From contig NC_068994.1 in the NCBI RefSeq assembly GCF_001194135.2, positions 40,854,321 through 40,918,320 of the forward strand: a DNA stretch of 64,000 nt. The letters are read 5' to 3'. The position numbers were made by a program, and so were the translations under genes. The stretch is from Octopus bimaculoides. Lineage: Eukaryota. Of this stretch, positions 24,452-38,454 are shown one piece after another. Every line of letters begins with the position of its first letter. Within the stretch, counting starts at the first letter, position 1. The notes beneath the pieces are model-generated. The model was not told the DNA's origin. It saw nothing but the letters and a program-made list of their open reading frames with translations, and ran no database searches.

Positions 24452-25920
24452 TTATATATATATATACATATATATAGATATAATATATATGTATATGTAT
24501 ATATATATACATATATATATATAAATATATAAATTCATGTGTATGCATGTGTATGTGTGTATATATATATATATTTATATATCTATATCTATATACATAT
24601 GCATGTAGGCATGTATGTATTTAAAGAGAAGGATAGTATGGTTACACACATGCATGCATGATTCAAGCGCAGTGATGCACACACTGTTTTAATGCATTTT
24701 AATATATATCTATTACATTAGAAAGGCTCCAAAAGATGAAACATCAGTCAGGAAAAAAAAAAAAAGAAATGAAAAAAAACAAGCAAAACGCAAAGCAGAA
24801 TAGAATAAAGAAGGAAAAAGGGGAGGATGGAGGAAGATAAAAAGAAGATGAAGAGGAAACTATCAGTAAGATGTAATAAGATATGATATGCTGTGTGTCC
24901 GTGTGTCTGAAACAAAACAAACAGTGTAAATGAAACAAAGAAAACAAAACTTGAGCAAGGAATTAAAACCAAATAAAAAACATACAAAAATATAAGAAAA
25001 TAAAAATTTCCTGTGCCGCCCAACCTTTCAAGGAAATTGGTAAGTCTATCACAGAGTTGATGGTATGATCTTTGACAGAGAGGCCGTGATAGGTTGCAAA
25101 CAAATGAAGACAGTAAAACTAATGATCATCACTAATGCCCATGGTGCCAAAACTTCTCTTTGCTAAATAAATTTACGTATGATTGATGTTCTGCTCTGGC
25201 AGTAACACTTGATATTAAGTCGCCCAGAGAGCATATATTGAACCAGAAAACAAATTCCTTCATCTCATTCTCTCTCTCTTTCCCTTTCCCTCTCCCTCCT
25301 CTCTTCTCTCCCTCTCTCTCTCTCTCTTAAACTTCTTGTAATGATATTTATATATATGAGTGTATGTGAGGATGCATGTGTGTGTGAGTATGTGTAAGTG
25401 TGCATAAGTAAGTGAGTCTTCTAATATAGGTATCTATATATATATGTATTTATGTATCTCTCTATTCTCTCTCTCATATATATATATATGCACATATATA
25501 TATATATATGTGTGTGAACACATATGCACATGCATACATATACATTCACAAAAGTATAAAAATGTTAAATGTTGACACCATTACAATTTCTTTAAACATA
25601 ACTAAAGTGATAGAAGATTACAAATTCATTTCGAAGATATTCCATCTCCCCACTCTGTTCTCCTTCGCAAACCAGATACAAATATTCCTTGTGAATTTTT
25701 CATCAAGAAATTTGGAAAATTAGTTTGAATAAAATGAGAAAACTATGAAGTAGGTATGTATTCGACATATGGTTGTGCATAGTGTACATACTTGTGTGTA
25801 AATATATTCATAAAAAAATCCCATATATATCTAAGCACTCAAAGGCAAAAACTAATATATGCATGCACTCACACACAAATGCAGTAATGTACATGAACAT
25901 AAGTGCAAACACACACACAC

Positions 25921-26146
25921 ATAAGAGGAATAGCCACCAAGACAGATTCCTAATATGCTAGAAGAAGACGCCAAATCACCTTACCACAAAAAATATGTTC
26001 TCAAAAATTTTAGTAAATGCCAGAATTTCTCTTGCTCGCATACATTCTAGTGTTTGCTAAAATTTTTGAGAACATATTCTTTGTGGTAAGGCGATTTGGC
26101 ATCTTATAGCATATTAGGAATCCACCTTGGTGGCTATTCCTCTTAT
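25921..26146. repeat. Long inverted repeat (arms ~105 bp, 17-nt loop)
   Basis: 25921-26026 pairs with 26044-26146; the differences are mostly transitions plus one short indel. Confidence 0.92.
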
Positions 26147-26331
26147 TTGTAATATATATAATATAATTTATAGTCCTCGGATATTTTTGAAGTATGTTAG
26201 CCACTGGTTATATATATATAGGATTCAGTCAGAATTTTTACATTAACATGTTCCTCCCTTGCTACAATGTAGCCTTTAATCTAACCAAGGTGTCCTTGGC
26301 CCGAAGANNNNNNNNNNNNNNNNNNNNNNNN

Positions 26332-26377
<46 letters not shown>

Positions 26378-26420
26378 TATGTATACACGAGTGAGTGGAC
26401 AAATGTAAAAAAAGAGCACT

Positions 26421-26830
26421 CATCATCATCATCATCATCATCGTTTAACGTCCGCTTTCCATGCTAGCATGGGTTGGACGATCCGACTGAGGACTGGTGA
26501 AACCGGATGGCAACACCAGGCTCCAATCTGATCTGGCAGAGTTTCTACAGCTGGATACCCTTCCTAACGCCAACCATTCCAAGAGTGTAGTGGGTGCTTT
26601 TACGTGTCACCGGCACGAGGGCCAGTCAGGTTGTACTAGCAACGGCCACGCTCAAAAGGTGTTTTTTACATGCCACCTGCACAGGAGCCAGTCCAGCAGC
26701 ACTGGCAACGACCTCGCTCAAATGTTTTTTTGATGTGCCAGTAAGGCGATGCTGGTAACAATCACGTTCAAATGGTGCCTTTTACGTGCCACCGGCACGG
26801 AATCCAGACAGCTGCTCTGGCAATGATCAC
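26421..26830 (-). mobile_element. Interspersed retroelement family E with a (GAT)n tail and internal tandem subrepeats
   Basis: Minus strand contains ggaagggtatccagctgtagaaac...ggacgttaaacgatgatgat; related to 47648-48030, 56250-56365 and 61540-61790. Confidence 0.8.
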
Positions 26831-26834
26831 ATGT

Positions 26835-27040
26835 GTTTGTGTGTATGAGTGCTTTAACCAATAAACAATAGATGTTGGCTTGTTCACACTCCTGTAATTC
26901 AGTGGTTTTAGTAAGAGACAAACAGAATTGGTCTGAAACTTTAAGAAATAAGAACTGCGGTCAATTTGTTTGACTAAACCCTTGAAGATGCTCCAGCATG
27001 GACCATTGTCCAGTGATTGAAATATGTAAAACATAAAAGG
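26835..27040 (+). mobile_element. SINE family A, 3' half (degenerate)
   Basis: caatttgtttgactaaacccttgaagatgctccagcatgg matches the family A tail. Confidence 0.7.
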
Positions 27041-27504
27041 TTAAAGGTATAAAAATGTATGTATATATTATGTACGTATATATTATGAGGGTATTTTCCT
27101 CCTGTTAGAAAAAGCAGCTGAATCTCTTTTATATCATATCCAGCCATCTCAAGAACGACACATTGGGTGACGTGGTCTTGGGCTTCCTCAACATAGGAAA
27201 GAAGCAGAATGGCCATGGTTGGAATATCTTTAGTTATAGGTTTGCTCATTCAAGGTTGAGGTGAGACTAAACAACCACAACAATAACAACAGCAACAATG
27301 TTACCACCACCACCACCACCACCACCATCAATGGCACCAAGAATCCCTGAAATAATGGCAGTTCTAATAAGAACAACTGCAATTCTTCTGTCTGTATTTC
27401 CGCTCCAACATACTTTACAACATTATAAATTTACACTGTATTTATAGTAGTATTGGCAAATATACACACCTCTCTCTATCTCTGTTTTTCTCTATCTCTG
27501 TTTT

Positions 27505-27539
<35 letters not shown>

Positions 27540-29470
27540 AACACATGTATACATATATAAATCCCTTAACCTTAAAAGAAGACAACTGTTTGGAACCGTA
27601 TGAAATCACAATGAGTAGAAAACCTGGACTATGTTTATGCCACTGCCACTATTATTAAATGCCACGGACCATACTGTCATACTTGGAAATGTTCCCCAAA
27701 TTGCTATCTGTCATAACTGCCAAGTGAACCGAGTGTGCAATCACAAGAAATGTCTCTTTTAAAATCACAGAGTCTTTCATCAAAGTAAGTCACGATATAA
27801 ATCTATTTCATACACCCCCAAAAATGCATTAGTGGTTGCCTGAGAGAGGTTAACTACAACCTTTTAGGAAAAGAACATGTCTTAACATTTGTGCAGGCTG
27901 TATAGATAGATTTTTCTCTCTCTCTCTCTCTCCTTTTCTTTCATTTTCTCCTATTCTCATTTTTATTTCTATCATTTTTGTGTTTCTAAGTGTCCATGTG
28001 TCCATACAAACCCATAAATATGTATATATTATATTCTTGGCTATGTCATGTAACTGGTCAGAATATTATATGCCATAACTAAGAATATACTTGAAATTCA
28101 TTTAAAGTGAGCTTTCTTCCTGACTTATTGACGACCCACTGATAATATATATATATATATATATATATANNNNNNNNNNNNNNNNNNNNNNNNNNNNNNN
28201 NNNNNNNNNNNNNNNNNNNNNNNNNNNNNNNNNNNNNNNNNNNNNNNNNNNNNNNNNNNNNNNNNNNNNNNNNNNNNNNNNNNNNNNNNNNNNNNNNNNN
28301 NNNNNNNNNNNNNNNNNNNNNNNNNNNNNNNNNNNNNNNNNNNNNNNNNNNNNNNNNNNNNNNNNNNNNNNNNNNNNNNNNNNNNNNNNNNNNNNNNNNN
28401 NNNNNNNNNNNNNNNNNNNNNNNNNNNNNNNNNNNNNNNNNNNNNNNNNNNNNNNNNNNNNNNNNNNNNNNNNNNNNNNNNNNNNNNNNNNNNNNNNNNN
28501 NNNNNNNNNNNNNNNNNNNNNNNNNNNNNNNNNNNNNNNNNNNNNNNNNNNNNNNNNNNNNNNNNNNNNNNNNNNNNNNNNNNNNNNNNNNNNNNNNNNN
28601 NNNNNNNNNNNNNNNNNNNNNNNNNNNNNNNNNNNNNNNNNNNNNNNNNNNNNNNNNNNNNNNNNNNNNNNNNNNNNNNNNNNNNNNNNNNNNNNNNNNN
28701 NNNNNNNNNNNNNNNNNNNNNNNNNNNNNNNNNNNNNNNNNNNNNNNNNNNNNNNNNNNNNNNNNNNNNNNNNNNNNNNNNNNNNNNNNNNNNNNNNNNN
28801 NNNNNNNNNNNNNNNNNNNNNNNNNNNNNNNNNNNNNNNNNNNNNNNNNNNNNNNNNNNNNNNNNNNNNNNNNNNNNNNTATATATATATATATATATAT
28901 ATGCACATGTGTGTGTGTAATGCGATTGTGTACTTGCTATCAATTGCAACGATTTTTTGGCACTACTTTTGTCTTTTCTTTTCAAATATAGTTTCCTTCC
29001 TTTCAAGTTTCAAGTTTGAACCTAAATCTTAAGGCCATACCTGACACAGACCCATACTGATATAATGAGTTAGCGTTAAAACCCACTCACCTTATAACTG
29101 AATCAAACACATATGATTAACAAATATACTGTCACTAGAGTAATTGCTTTAGACATTTCATATTAAATAATCCATGTTTAAACTGTTGATCGTAATTAAA
29201 TTCAGACAAATGACACTTTATCAACAGAATTCCATAAAACTCAAAGATTCATGCTACTTCCACATAAGTATAGGTTTATAGCCCCATCTCTCCTCAGCTC
29301 ATATAATTTCATTTTATTTTTGTCATGTTTGGCAGTATTTTCTTATAATTGATCTTGTTTTTTTTTTTTTTATAGTTTACTCGTCCCTGTAATTCAAAGT
29401 TTAGTGCACTCTATTTCTAATCAAGAATGTGTGGGTTCAAATCCCACCTAGGATGAAGATTATTATTTTA

Positions 29471-29612
29471 GGTGTAGGCATGGCTGTTTGTTTAAGAAGC
29501 TCACTGTGCAACCATGTGGTTTCAGGTTCAGTCTCACAGTGTGGCACCTTCAAGCCGATCAATGTCTCATGAGTGAATTTTATGGGTGGAAATTGATTGG
29601 AAACACATTGTT
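29471..29612 (+). mobile_element. SINE family A, 5' half (degenerate)
   Basis: ggtttcaggttcagtctcacagtgtggcacctt...gtgaatttt matches the family A head. Confidence 0.7.
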
Positions 29613-29651
<39 letters not shown>

Positions 29652-29699
29652 ATATCATCATCATCGTCGTTGTTGTTTAACATGAACGTCGTTGTTTAA

Positions 29700-30092
29700 C
29701 ATGGGGCAAAAGTATAGGGCAAAAGAAGATAATTTGCTCATCAGTTTCAATTGCTTATTATTACTACCCATTTCATGCTTTTAATGAAAAGATAGGACTA
29801 CCTGATAGGACAGCAGCATCCAGAAATTTTAAAAATATAAAATTTGTGGAAAGTTAGGGCTTCGAGCAAACAAACAACAACAGAGTGGATGTACAGAGTA
29901 AACAATTGACAAAGACGAACATTAAAGCCTAATTCTCCACAAATTTTATATTTTAAAAATTCCTGGATGCTGCTGTCTTTTGAAGTAGTCATATCTTGTC
30001 GTTAAAAGCATGAAATGGGTAGTAATAAGCAGTTGACAGCTGATGAGCAAATTATCTTTTTTTAGTATTTTGTCTTGTACTTTTCTCTCATG
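29700..30092. repeat. Long inverted repeat / fold-back element (arms ~165 bp, 62-nt spacer)
   Basis: 29700-29862 pairs with 29925-30092, e.g. ttattactacccatttcatgcttttaa/ttaaaagcatgaaatgggtagtaataa and gacagcagcatccag/ctggatgctgctgtc. Confidence 0.9.
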
Positions 30093-30767
30093 CGTTTATG
30101 TATTTTTCACTCATTGATGATGTCCTGTACTCAATGTGTATTCTTTATTTATATATATATGTGTGTATACATACATATATACATACATATATATATATAT
30201 ATATATATNNNNNNNNNNNNNNNNNNNNNNNNNNNNNNNNNNNNNNNNNNNNNNNNNNNNNNNNNNNNNNNNNNNNNNNNNNNNNNNNNNNNNNNNNNNN
30301 NNNNNNNNNNNNNNNNNNNNNNNNNNNNNNNNNNNNNNNNNNNNNNNNNNNNNNNNNNNNNNNNNNNNNNNNNNNNNNNNNNNNNNNNNNNNNNNNNNNN
30401 NNNNNNNNNNNNNNNNNNNNNNNNNNNNNNNNNNNNNNNNNNNNNNNNNNNNNNNNNNNNNNNNNNNNNNNNNNNNNNNNNNNNNNNNNNNNNNNNNNNN
30501 NNNNNNNNNNNNNNNNNNNNNNNNNNNNNNNNNNNNNNNNNNNNNNNNNNNNNNNNNNNNNNNNNNNNNNNNNNNNNNNNNNNNNNNNNNNNNNNNNNNN
30601 NNNNNNNNNNNNNNNNNNNNNNNNNNNNNNNNNNNNNNNNNNNNNNNNNNNNNNNNNNNNNNNNNNNNNNNNNNNNNNNNNNNNNNNNNNNNNNNNNNNN
30701 NNNNNNNNNNNAAAAAATCTTCATTAAATTATGCTCCCAGTTCAGCATTCTGGCTTTTTTACATTTT

Positions 30768-30811
<44 letters not shown>

Positions 30812-30863
30812 CACATACATACATACATACATATATATATGTACACACACATATGCATATATG

Positions 30864-30907
<44 letters not shown>

Positions 30908-31954
30908 GTTTTAGGGAAAAGAACCAAGGGTCATGAACTCATCAATGAAAATCCCTAAAACTATATATATATATATATATATTTTATACTGTGAAACTTA
31001 ATTTAATTTTAATTTTTAATAATTGAATTTAATTGAGTTTTTACCTGTAAATTTGGATTATCCCTAATATTATTATACATATATATGTTTGGTCTAATTA
31101 ACTTATTTTATCCTAATGCACCGTCTAGAATATTTCTCTTGTTACGATAACACTCACACACTCACGCACACATAGGGATGCAGACATACACATATACACA
31201 CACTTCCGATCACAAAACTGATCTGAAGTGGGTATGGATCATGAAGAAGATGTCAAATGGCTGACATTTATGGCCATGTGCTGTGCTGGAGAGAACCCAT
31301 TCACCTCAAGTAAGTATGGAAAAATAGATATAAAGATGACGGTGCTGTTTATGGCTTGTGATAGAGTTTGGGTTGTATTATAACAACATCTGGATTTCTT
31401 CTGATCATTTTTTTTTACATATAAGTCTTCGTATACTGCTTCATCTGTTTGTATAATGAGTGATGGAACCCCTTGTTAGATCTGTTTACATACTATCTAC
31501 CTCTTACCATTACCCTTTCTTTATTGCTAACTATCACTCCCTCTCTCTCATTACCGTTTCCTCTATCACTCATTATTGACATCAATCTCTTCTACTGTCT
31601 CTACTTCTCTAATCTTCAATGCTATCCATCATTTTTTCTCACTTTACTCCTTCCTCTGTTGCTTATTGTTAACATCCATCACCCTCTCTCTCTCTCTCTC
31701 TCTCTCTAATCCTTTTGCCTTGTTCTCCAACATACACTTATTCTCTCCTTAATCAATCTCTCACTTCCGGTACTCGATCTTCTATCACTTTGTCTCCTTA
31801 CCAATAATCATCTGCAAGCTGTCTCTCATTCTCTCTGTTTATTTTCCCCTATCACCCACCTTTATCATACTCTCACTCCTATCATATATCTATCATTCTG
31901 GTCCTCTTTGACCCCTGTCTTTTTCCTTCTCATTAGTTAGTAAATAAAGTTCCT

Positions 31955-32170
31955 CACCGAGTCATATAGACTCAGGTGTATATATTCCCCACCTGGATTG
32001 GATGCTGGTCCGTCGCAGGATTACTCATTTTTGCCAACTGAGTGGACAGGAGCAATTTGAAATGAAGTGTTTTGCTCAAGAACACAATGCATTGCACGAT
32101 CCAGAAATTGAAACCACAATCTTACAACCATGAATTCAACACCCTAACCACTAGACCATGCACCTTCACT
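31955..32170 (-). mobile_element. tRNA-derived SINE family D
   Basis: caggattactcatttttg...gctcaagaacaca...taaccactagaccatgc; homologous to 45430-45640 and 55170-55350. Confidence 0.75.
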
Positions 32171-32847
32171 TCCTTCCCATTAGGTATATGACAATCATTT
32201 GGTGCTGGTAACACAAAACAAAGCACTCATTAGGCTTTGTAAAGTGATTAGTAACCAACTAGAATCAATATGGAGTAGAGAGGTCTCTTTAGCCTAGCCA
32301 TGGACAAGGCTTCCTCTCTGGTTCAGGTGTCTTACTGAAACATATTCCATATATTCCGTAAAGTGGTTATTGATAGAAAGGATCTCCAGTCATTTGAAAA
32401 ATGTCAGAAATGGAAACGTGCAAGCAAGGCATGATCTCCAGTGATGATGATGACAGCAATGATGATAACAACAACAACAACAACAAAAACAACAACAACA
32501 GCAACAAAGACCATAGTAATGATGATGCAGATGACGATTGTGATAGGATAATAATAATTAGGATGATAACGACGATGATGATATTTAACTCTCTCTGATG
32601 CAGTTTTCACCTGGAGCACATGAAATGCAATACATACCATAGCAAACATGCTTTTTACCACAAGCAAATTTTCAGCATTGATCAGTTACATCAACTGATT
32701 ACATATCAAAAATCTGCAACCAACCTATGTAACTGTTAAATGTAATCTTTACATAACTGCAGGCAACAAAACATGCACACAAATATGCATTCTAAAACTT
32801 ATACACTTCTTCAAATATAAAATCATATATACAACACCCACTCATAT

Positions 32848-32900
<53 letters not shown>

Positions 32901-33768
32901 CATNNNNNNNNNNNNNNNNNNNNNNNNNNNNNNNNNNNNNNNNNNNNNNNNNNNNNNNNNNNNNNNNNNNNNNNNNNNNNNNNNNNNNNNNNNNNNNNNN
33001 NNNNNNNNNNNNNNNNNNNNNNNNNNNNNNNNNNNNNNNNNNNNNNNNNNNNNNNNNNNNNNNNNNNNNNNNNNNNNNNNNNNNNNNNNNNNNNNATATA
33101 TATATATATATACATATATATATAGAAAGAGATGTGTGTGGGCAGTGGTAAAAGTGAATGTGTGTCTATATGTATGAATATAATTTTCTTTTCTTTTTTA
33201 ACTAATGGCATTATCCAGGTTTTCTTCTTATTATATGTAGAAATATATATTCCAGTTTGTAGGCCTAGGTATCTGAAATCTTCAAAGAGAAGGTCAAAGT
33301 CCATCTAACATTTTCAAATATTTATTCTTTAAAATTCCACGTAGAAAAATTAAGAACATTGCATAAACACTACAAGATACTTCAAGAGACATTGGAAAAA
33401 AATTACTGTTGAGTAAAATAATTTCTTTAAAGTATTTCATAATTTTTTTATCTAAAAAATATGTTTTCCTAGAAAATAACAAAATTGCAAGAATAATTTC
33501 TTCCATTCTACATTTGTTTATTTATTGCACATTTTTATGTATCTCAAATTGAGCTATCTTCTAATTTGGTTTCTCTCAATAATTCTGAGTGAATCAACAT
33601 TGTCATACCAACTGAATTTTGTCAGCACATTTTTTTTTAAATAGTTCATTCAAAATTCAAAAGATTAATGTGATTGCATATTTTAGGTATTAACAAGACC
33701 AAGCTAAGCTGAAAACAGCATTTGGTGCATATATACTTACACATATATGTAACTGCATGTCTATCTCT

Positions 33769-33816
<48 letters not shown>

Positions 33817-33859
33817 TTCAATCTAATTATATATCTTGCTCTCCCTCCCTCGTTCTTTT

Positions 33860-33902
<43 letters not shown>

Positions 33903-33941
33903 ATACATGCATACATACACAATGTACAACGTACATATATG

Positions 33942-34152
33942 CAGGGTGTTCATAAATTATCTTTACAACTTTCACATTCTATTGTGTCTAGGTGTTGAGA
34001 GCAATCATTGGAACCCATGTAGTAGTATTGTGATATTTCTTATACAACTGCATTTATTTGTTTATCTTCTCCAATAAACTCTCCTGAGTTATCCTTATTT
34101 TTCATTTTTTACTCAATCTTTCAAACTGTAAAGGTAATTAATGAACACTACA
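33942..34152. mobile_element. Degenerate Tc1/mariner-like MITE
   Basis: cagggtgttcataaattatctttaca is the imperfect inverse of tgtaaaggtaattaatgaacactacatg, which is followed by TA. Confidence 0.5.
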
Positions 34153-34430
34153 TGTATGAATGTATGTATGTATGTATGTATGTATATATATATATGTATG
34201 TATTCATGTATGTATGTATGTATGTATGCATGCATGCATGTGTGTGTGTGGGTATGTGTGTATGCATGTGTGTATATGTTTGTATGTATGTATGTATATT
34301 TTTCTTCAAGCATGAGATGTCTTTTATAATGCTTTACCAGGAACCTCTGTCCATCATTAACTTTGGTAGATCCTCACTTTCATTTTCTTGCTGTATACCT
34401 CTGCTAATGACATCAGTGAGTGTGTATGCA

Positions 34431-34482
<52 letters not shown>

Positions 34483-35204
34483 ATCATACACGCAGAAAAG
34501 TCTATGTACATGAACATTGCATCTTGAGTGTCATCGCTTTCCAATAACTGAAAATATTATCCTTTCCTATAAGTTATAATTTCAAAAGATAGACATTTTT
34601 CAAATTGTAAAACTGGTAAGCTTTTGCAAATAGTATATAATTTAAAAAAAAATTATATTTAATATACATTTGTAAATGATATAGATTTGAAAATGTTAAG
34701 CATATGAAAGTGGTATACAATGTTCCAAAGGTACATAATTGAAAATGATGCTTACATATATATATAATAAATATATACATACATGTGTGTATTTGTGTAT
34801 GTATGCATGCATGTATGTATGTATGCATGTATGCATGTATGTATGTATGTATGTATGTATGTATGTATGTATGTATGTTTGCATGAATGTGTGTATGAAT
34901 GTTTGTATGTATGTATGCACATATGTATGTGATGTATGTATGTATGTGAATGTTTTATATTTGAAAATGACATTTGCAACTGGTATACAATTGAAAATGT
35001 TACTTATTTAAAACTGGAATATATTGGAAGTTGGGATATTCATAGAAATTGGTGTATATTTTGAGACAGTAATCTAAAATAAAAATTTGATGGGAAATGA
35101 ACTCTTTGTTTCTTTCTAATAAAGAAAATAACGTATTTAAGATGAAAGAAGGAGGAGGAAGAAAAAGGGGCATAGAGACAGTGTCAACGTAGAGAGAAAG
35201 TGTG

Positions 35205-35225
35205 AGATAGATAGATAGGTAGATT

Positions 35226-35287
<62 letters not shown>

Positions 35288-35302
35288 GGGAGAGAGAGAG
35301 AG
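35205..35302. repeat. (TAGA)n then (GA)n microsatellite within a ~500-bp purine-rich tract
   Basis: Read directly from the sequence. Confidence 0.92.
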
Positions 35303-37045
35303 AGTGGGGAGATGTAGGATGATTTACTAAGAAGATATATGGTGAGATGTTCAGGTAGAGAAGATGGTTGGATGAGAGATAGTGGCAATAAGGAAGAAAG
35401 GGTGTGAGATAGAAGCAGTGAGAAGTACAGCTAGGGAATGAGAGTGTGAGGGAAAGTTGGGAGTAGACAATTAGAAAGAGTGGAAGATAGAAACAGGGAA
35501 GATGAAAAAGAAAGTGAAAGTAGACTAAGAGAAAAAGATAAAGATATGAAAGGGAAGATGTGCCATCCAGAGAAAGAGAAAGAAAAAGATTAAGTTTTAG
35601 AAGAAGAAAAGGGACAGTGTAACTGGAAAAGTGAGAGTTTAGATAGACAGAAGTATATAGAAAGAAAGAAAAGAAAGGAAAAGTTGAATTGTTTTTGATG
35701 TGTGTTTTCAGAGAAGATGTGTATTCTTGTGTTTGAGCCATTGCATTACTGCTGCAGTTATATGGCAGCAGTGTTGTGTCGTTTGCTTCTGCAATGTCAA
35801 GTCAATAAGAGAAAGAAAGAAAGAAAAGTGGACTCTACTTTGCTACCATCTACCGTTTGTTTGGAATGTGTGCTGGAACTGAGAAAAAGCTGATTAATTG
35901 TCACATAGAAGGAGAACAGAAACTCTACATTTGATTTCGACAGCATGCCTAAATTAAATAGAGAGAAACGCCACAAATGTAAACTTACTCACATACCAGC
36001 AGACATAGATAAAACATACAAGTGTTCCACTAATTAAATTTTTTGGTATCTTTGTTTTTTACAATTAAACTGAATGTTTCGTCCCTAAAATGGATGTTTT
36101 TTACTTGTATTTTTTTTTTCTGTATTTACATTACTTAATTTTTATTTATATGTTCTTCTTATCATGAAATAAAATTGATTGAAATGTAATGGAAAAGAAA
36201 AAGAAGAAAAAAAAAAGGTAAAGAAATGATGAAATTGTAATTTACAAAGATAAAACTTTCACAAGAATTAAAGTATTAAAATAGAAAACAGAAATTAGAA
36301 GATGACAATAGTTTTATTTTTATTAAAGTTAAACAAAAAAAAAAAAAAAAAAAAAAAACAAGAAGAGAAAGAGAGAGAAAGAAAGAAATTAACAAATTAT
36401 CATTTCACAGGCTTTAAAACTTGTTCTCTTCCTTTAGAAATAAAATTGCCATTATAATGAAACACAAAGTTCTTGTTTTAAATTTATCTTAAATGCTGTG
36501 TCTTTCAAATGTTTGACATTTTATTCAGCCTTTTGTTATTTCTTTGGGGTTTTGTTTTTGCTAATATTTACTTTTATTTCTGTTAATTACAATGACAGAC
36601 CCAATAACAGAATTATTGTGAGTTGGAGAAACTTTGATAAACTGGGATTATCCAAGTTATTAGTAAACAAGATCTCCCTTGAGGGATGTTTAAAATCTAA
36701 AAATCAACAAGCAGGGAGATAACTGCAATAAGAACAAATGATCAAAAAACGATGCATGGAAAACACTTTTACATTAAAATCTAAGAAGCTGTAACCATAT
36801 TGATGAACTAAATGTTAAAAATTGATGTGGCTGTTTTTGTCAACATATTATCTCTTGTCAGGCCTGGCAAAGCTTACTTATGATCAAATGTATTATAGCT
36901 ATGATCATTCCATCTCTTCGAAAATAATATGCCTGTACTATATTATCTATTGTGTTCTTTTCATTTTTCCATTTTAAGATGGTATGGTATGACTTGAGAG
37001 ATACTTTGTTGCTATTTCTAGCAAGTTGTATGACCTCATTGGCTG

Positions 37046-37081
<36 letters not shown>

Positions 37082-37274
37082 GTATGATAGGCCGATTTTT
37101 TAAGTACATGCCTGGTAAACTACCAAATTGTGGCAGTGCACATATATGATATACCAGATGATGTTTACATATGTGTGATATACACAATGATGAGTGTGCA
37201 GATGATAATACATCACAAGATGATAGTGCATATGAGTGTTATATGAATGTTTTCTTTATGACAATGGGTGATAT

Positions 37275-37472
37275 GTCATCATCATCATCGTCATCATCAT
37301 CATCGTCATCCTCATCCTCCTCATCCTCGTTGTCGTCGTCATCATCATCATCATCATCATCACCATTGTCATCATCATCATCATCATCATCATCATCACC
37401 ATTGTCATTATCATCATCATCATCATCGTCGTCGTCATCGTCGTCGTCGTTGTTGTCATTGTCATCATCATT
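37275..37472. repeat. (CAT)n/(CGT)n microsatellite
   Basis: Read directly from the sequence. Confidence 0.95.
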
Positions 37473-38064
37473 ATTGCTTTAATGTTTACTTTTCCATGCT
37501 TGCATGACTCAGATGGAATTTGTTGAAGTAGAAAGATACACTTTCTATCATCAGCCCTCACCTGATTCCAAGCAAGATTAATGTTTCCCTATGGTCAAGC
37601 ATAGTTTTGGCAGAAGAGTATGAAAGAATAATGACACTGCTTGTCTGAAAACAATGACACAATACCAAGAATCAGGGCAAGAAGACACAAACATACACGC
37701 ACATACATACAAACATATATTTAGATATATATTTATCGTTGGTGGAGCATATATCTGAAAAATAAGTACACTCTAAAGGATAGGGCAGTAATGCATTTAC
37801 ATGCAGTTGAATATATGTCCAGTCATAGAGTGACCAATAGTTTCACATACATAAAGCTCTTAGCTTTATGGATGACTCCTCAGACTTTTATGGCAGAGGG
37901 CATAGAGTCAGTCAAGTCGTCTATAAAGCTGAGCACTTTATGTATGTGAAACCATTGGTCACTCAGTGACCGGACATATATTTAACTACATGTAAATATG
38001 TGTGTGTGTGTGCAATGGGTGTCTTGAACAAGAAAGGATGAATTGCATAATGTAGTCCTAGAAA

Positions 38065-38454
38065 GGAGGCGCAATGGCCCAGTGGTTAGGGCAGCGGACT
38101 TGCAGTCATAGGATCACGGATTCGATTCCCAGACCGGGCATTGTGAGTGTTTATTGAGCAAAAACACCTAAAGCTCCACGAGGCTCCGGCAGGGCATGGT
38201 GGCGAACCCTGCTGTACTCTTTCTCCACAACTTCCTCTCACTCTTACTTCCTGTTTCTGTTGGGCATGTAATTCAAAGGCTCAGCCTTGTCACACTCTGT
38301 GTCACGCTGAATATCCCTGAGAACTACGTTAAGGGTACACGTGTCTGTGGAGTGCTCAGCCACTTGCATGTTAATTTCACGAGCTGGCTGTTCCATTGAT
38401 CGGATCAACTGGAACCCTCGATGTCGTAAGCGACGGAGTGCCAACAACAACAAC
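38065..38454 (+). mobile_element. tRNA-derived SINE family C, full-length, with (CAA)n tail
   Basis: A-box tggcccagtgg, B-box gattcgattcc; perfect 11-bp TSD agtcctagaaa at 38054-64 and 38455-65. Confidence 0.92.

Noticed and set aside
26481-26508. CTGAGGA-ctggt-GAAAC hammerhead look-alike
   Set aside because: No stem II and no NUH; it is part of the family E body.
30040-30070. CTGATGAG in the 29.7-30.1 kb fold-back arm
   Set aside because: No GAAA or stem III follows in either arm.
35700-35893. Two overlapping Cys-rich ~60-aa ORFs after a ttttcAG
   Set aside because: No donor or homology; the composition reflects TG-rich sequence.
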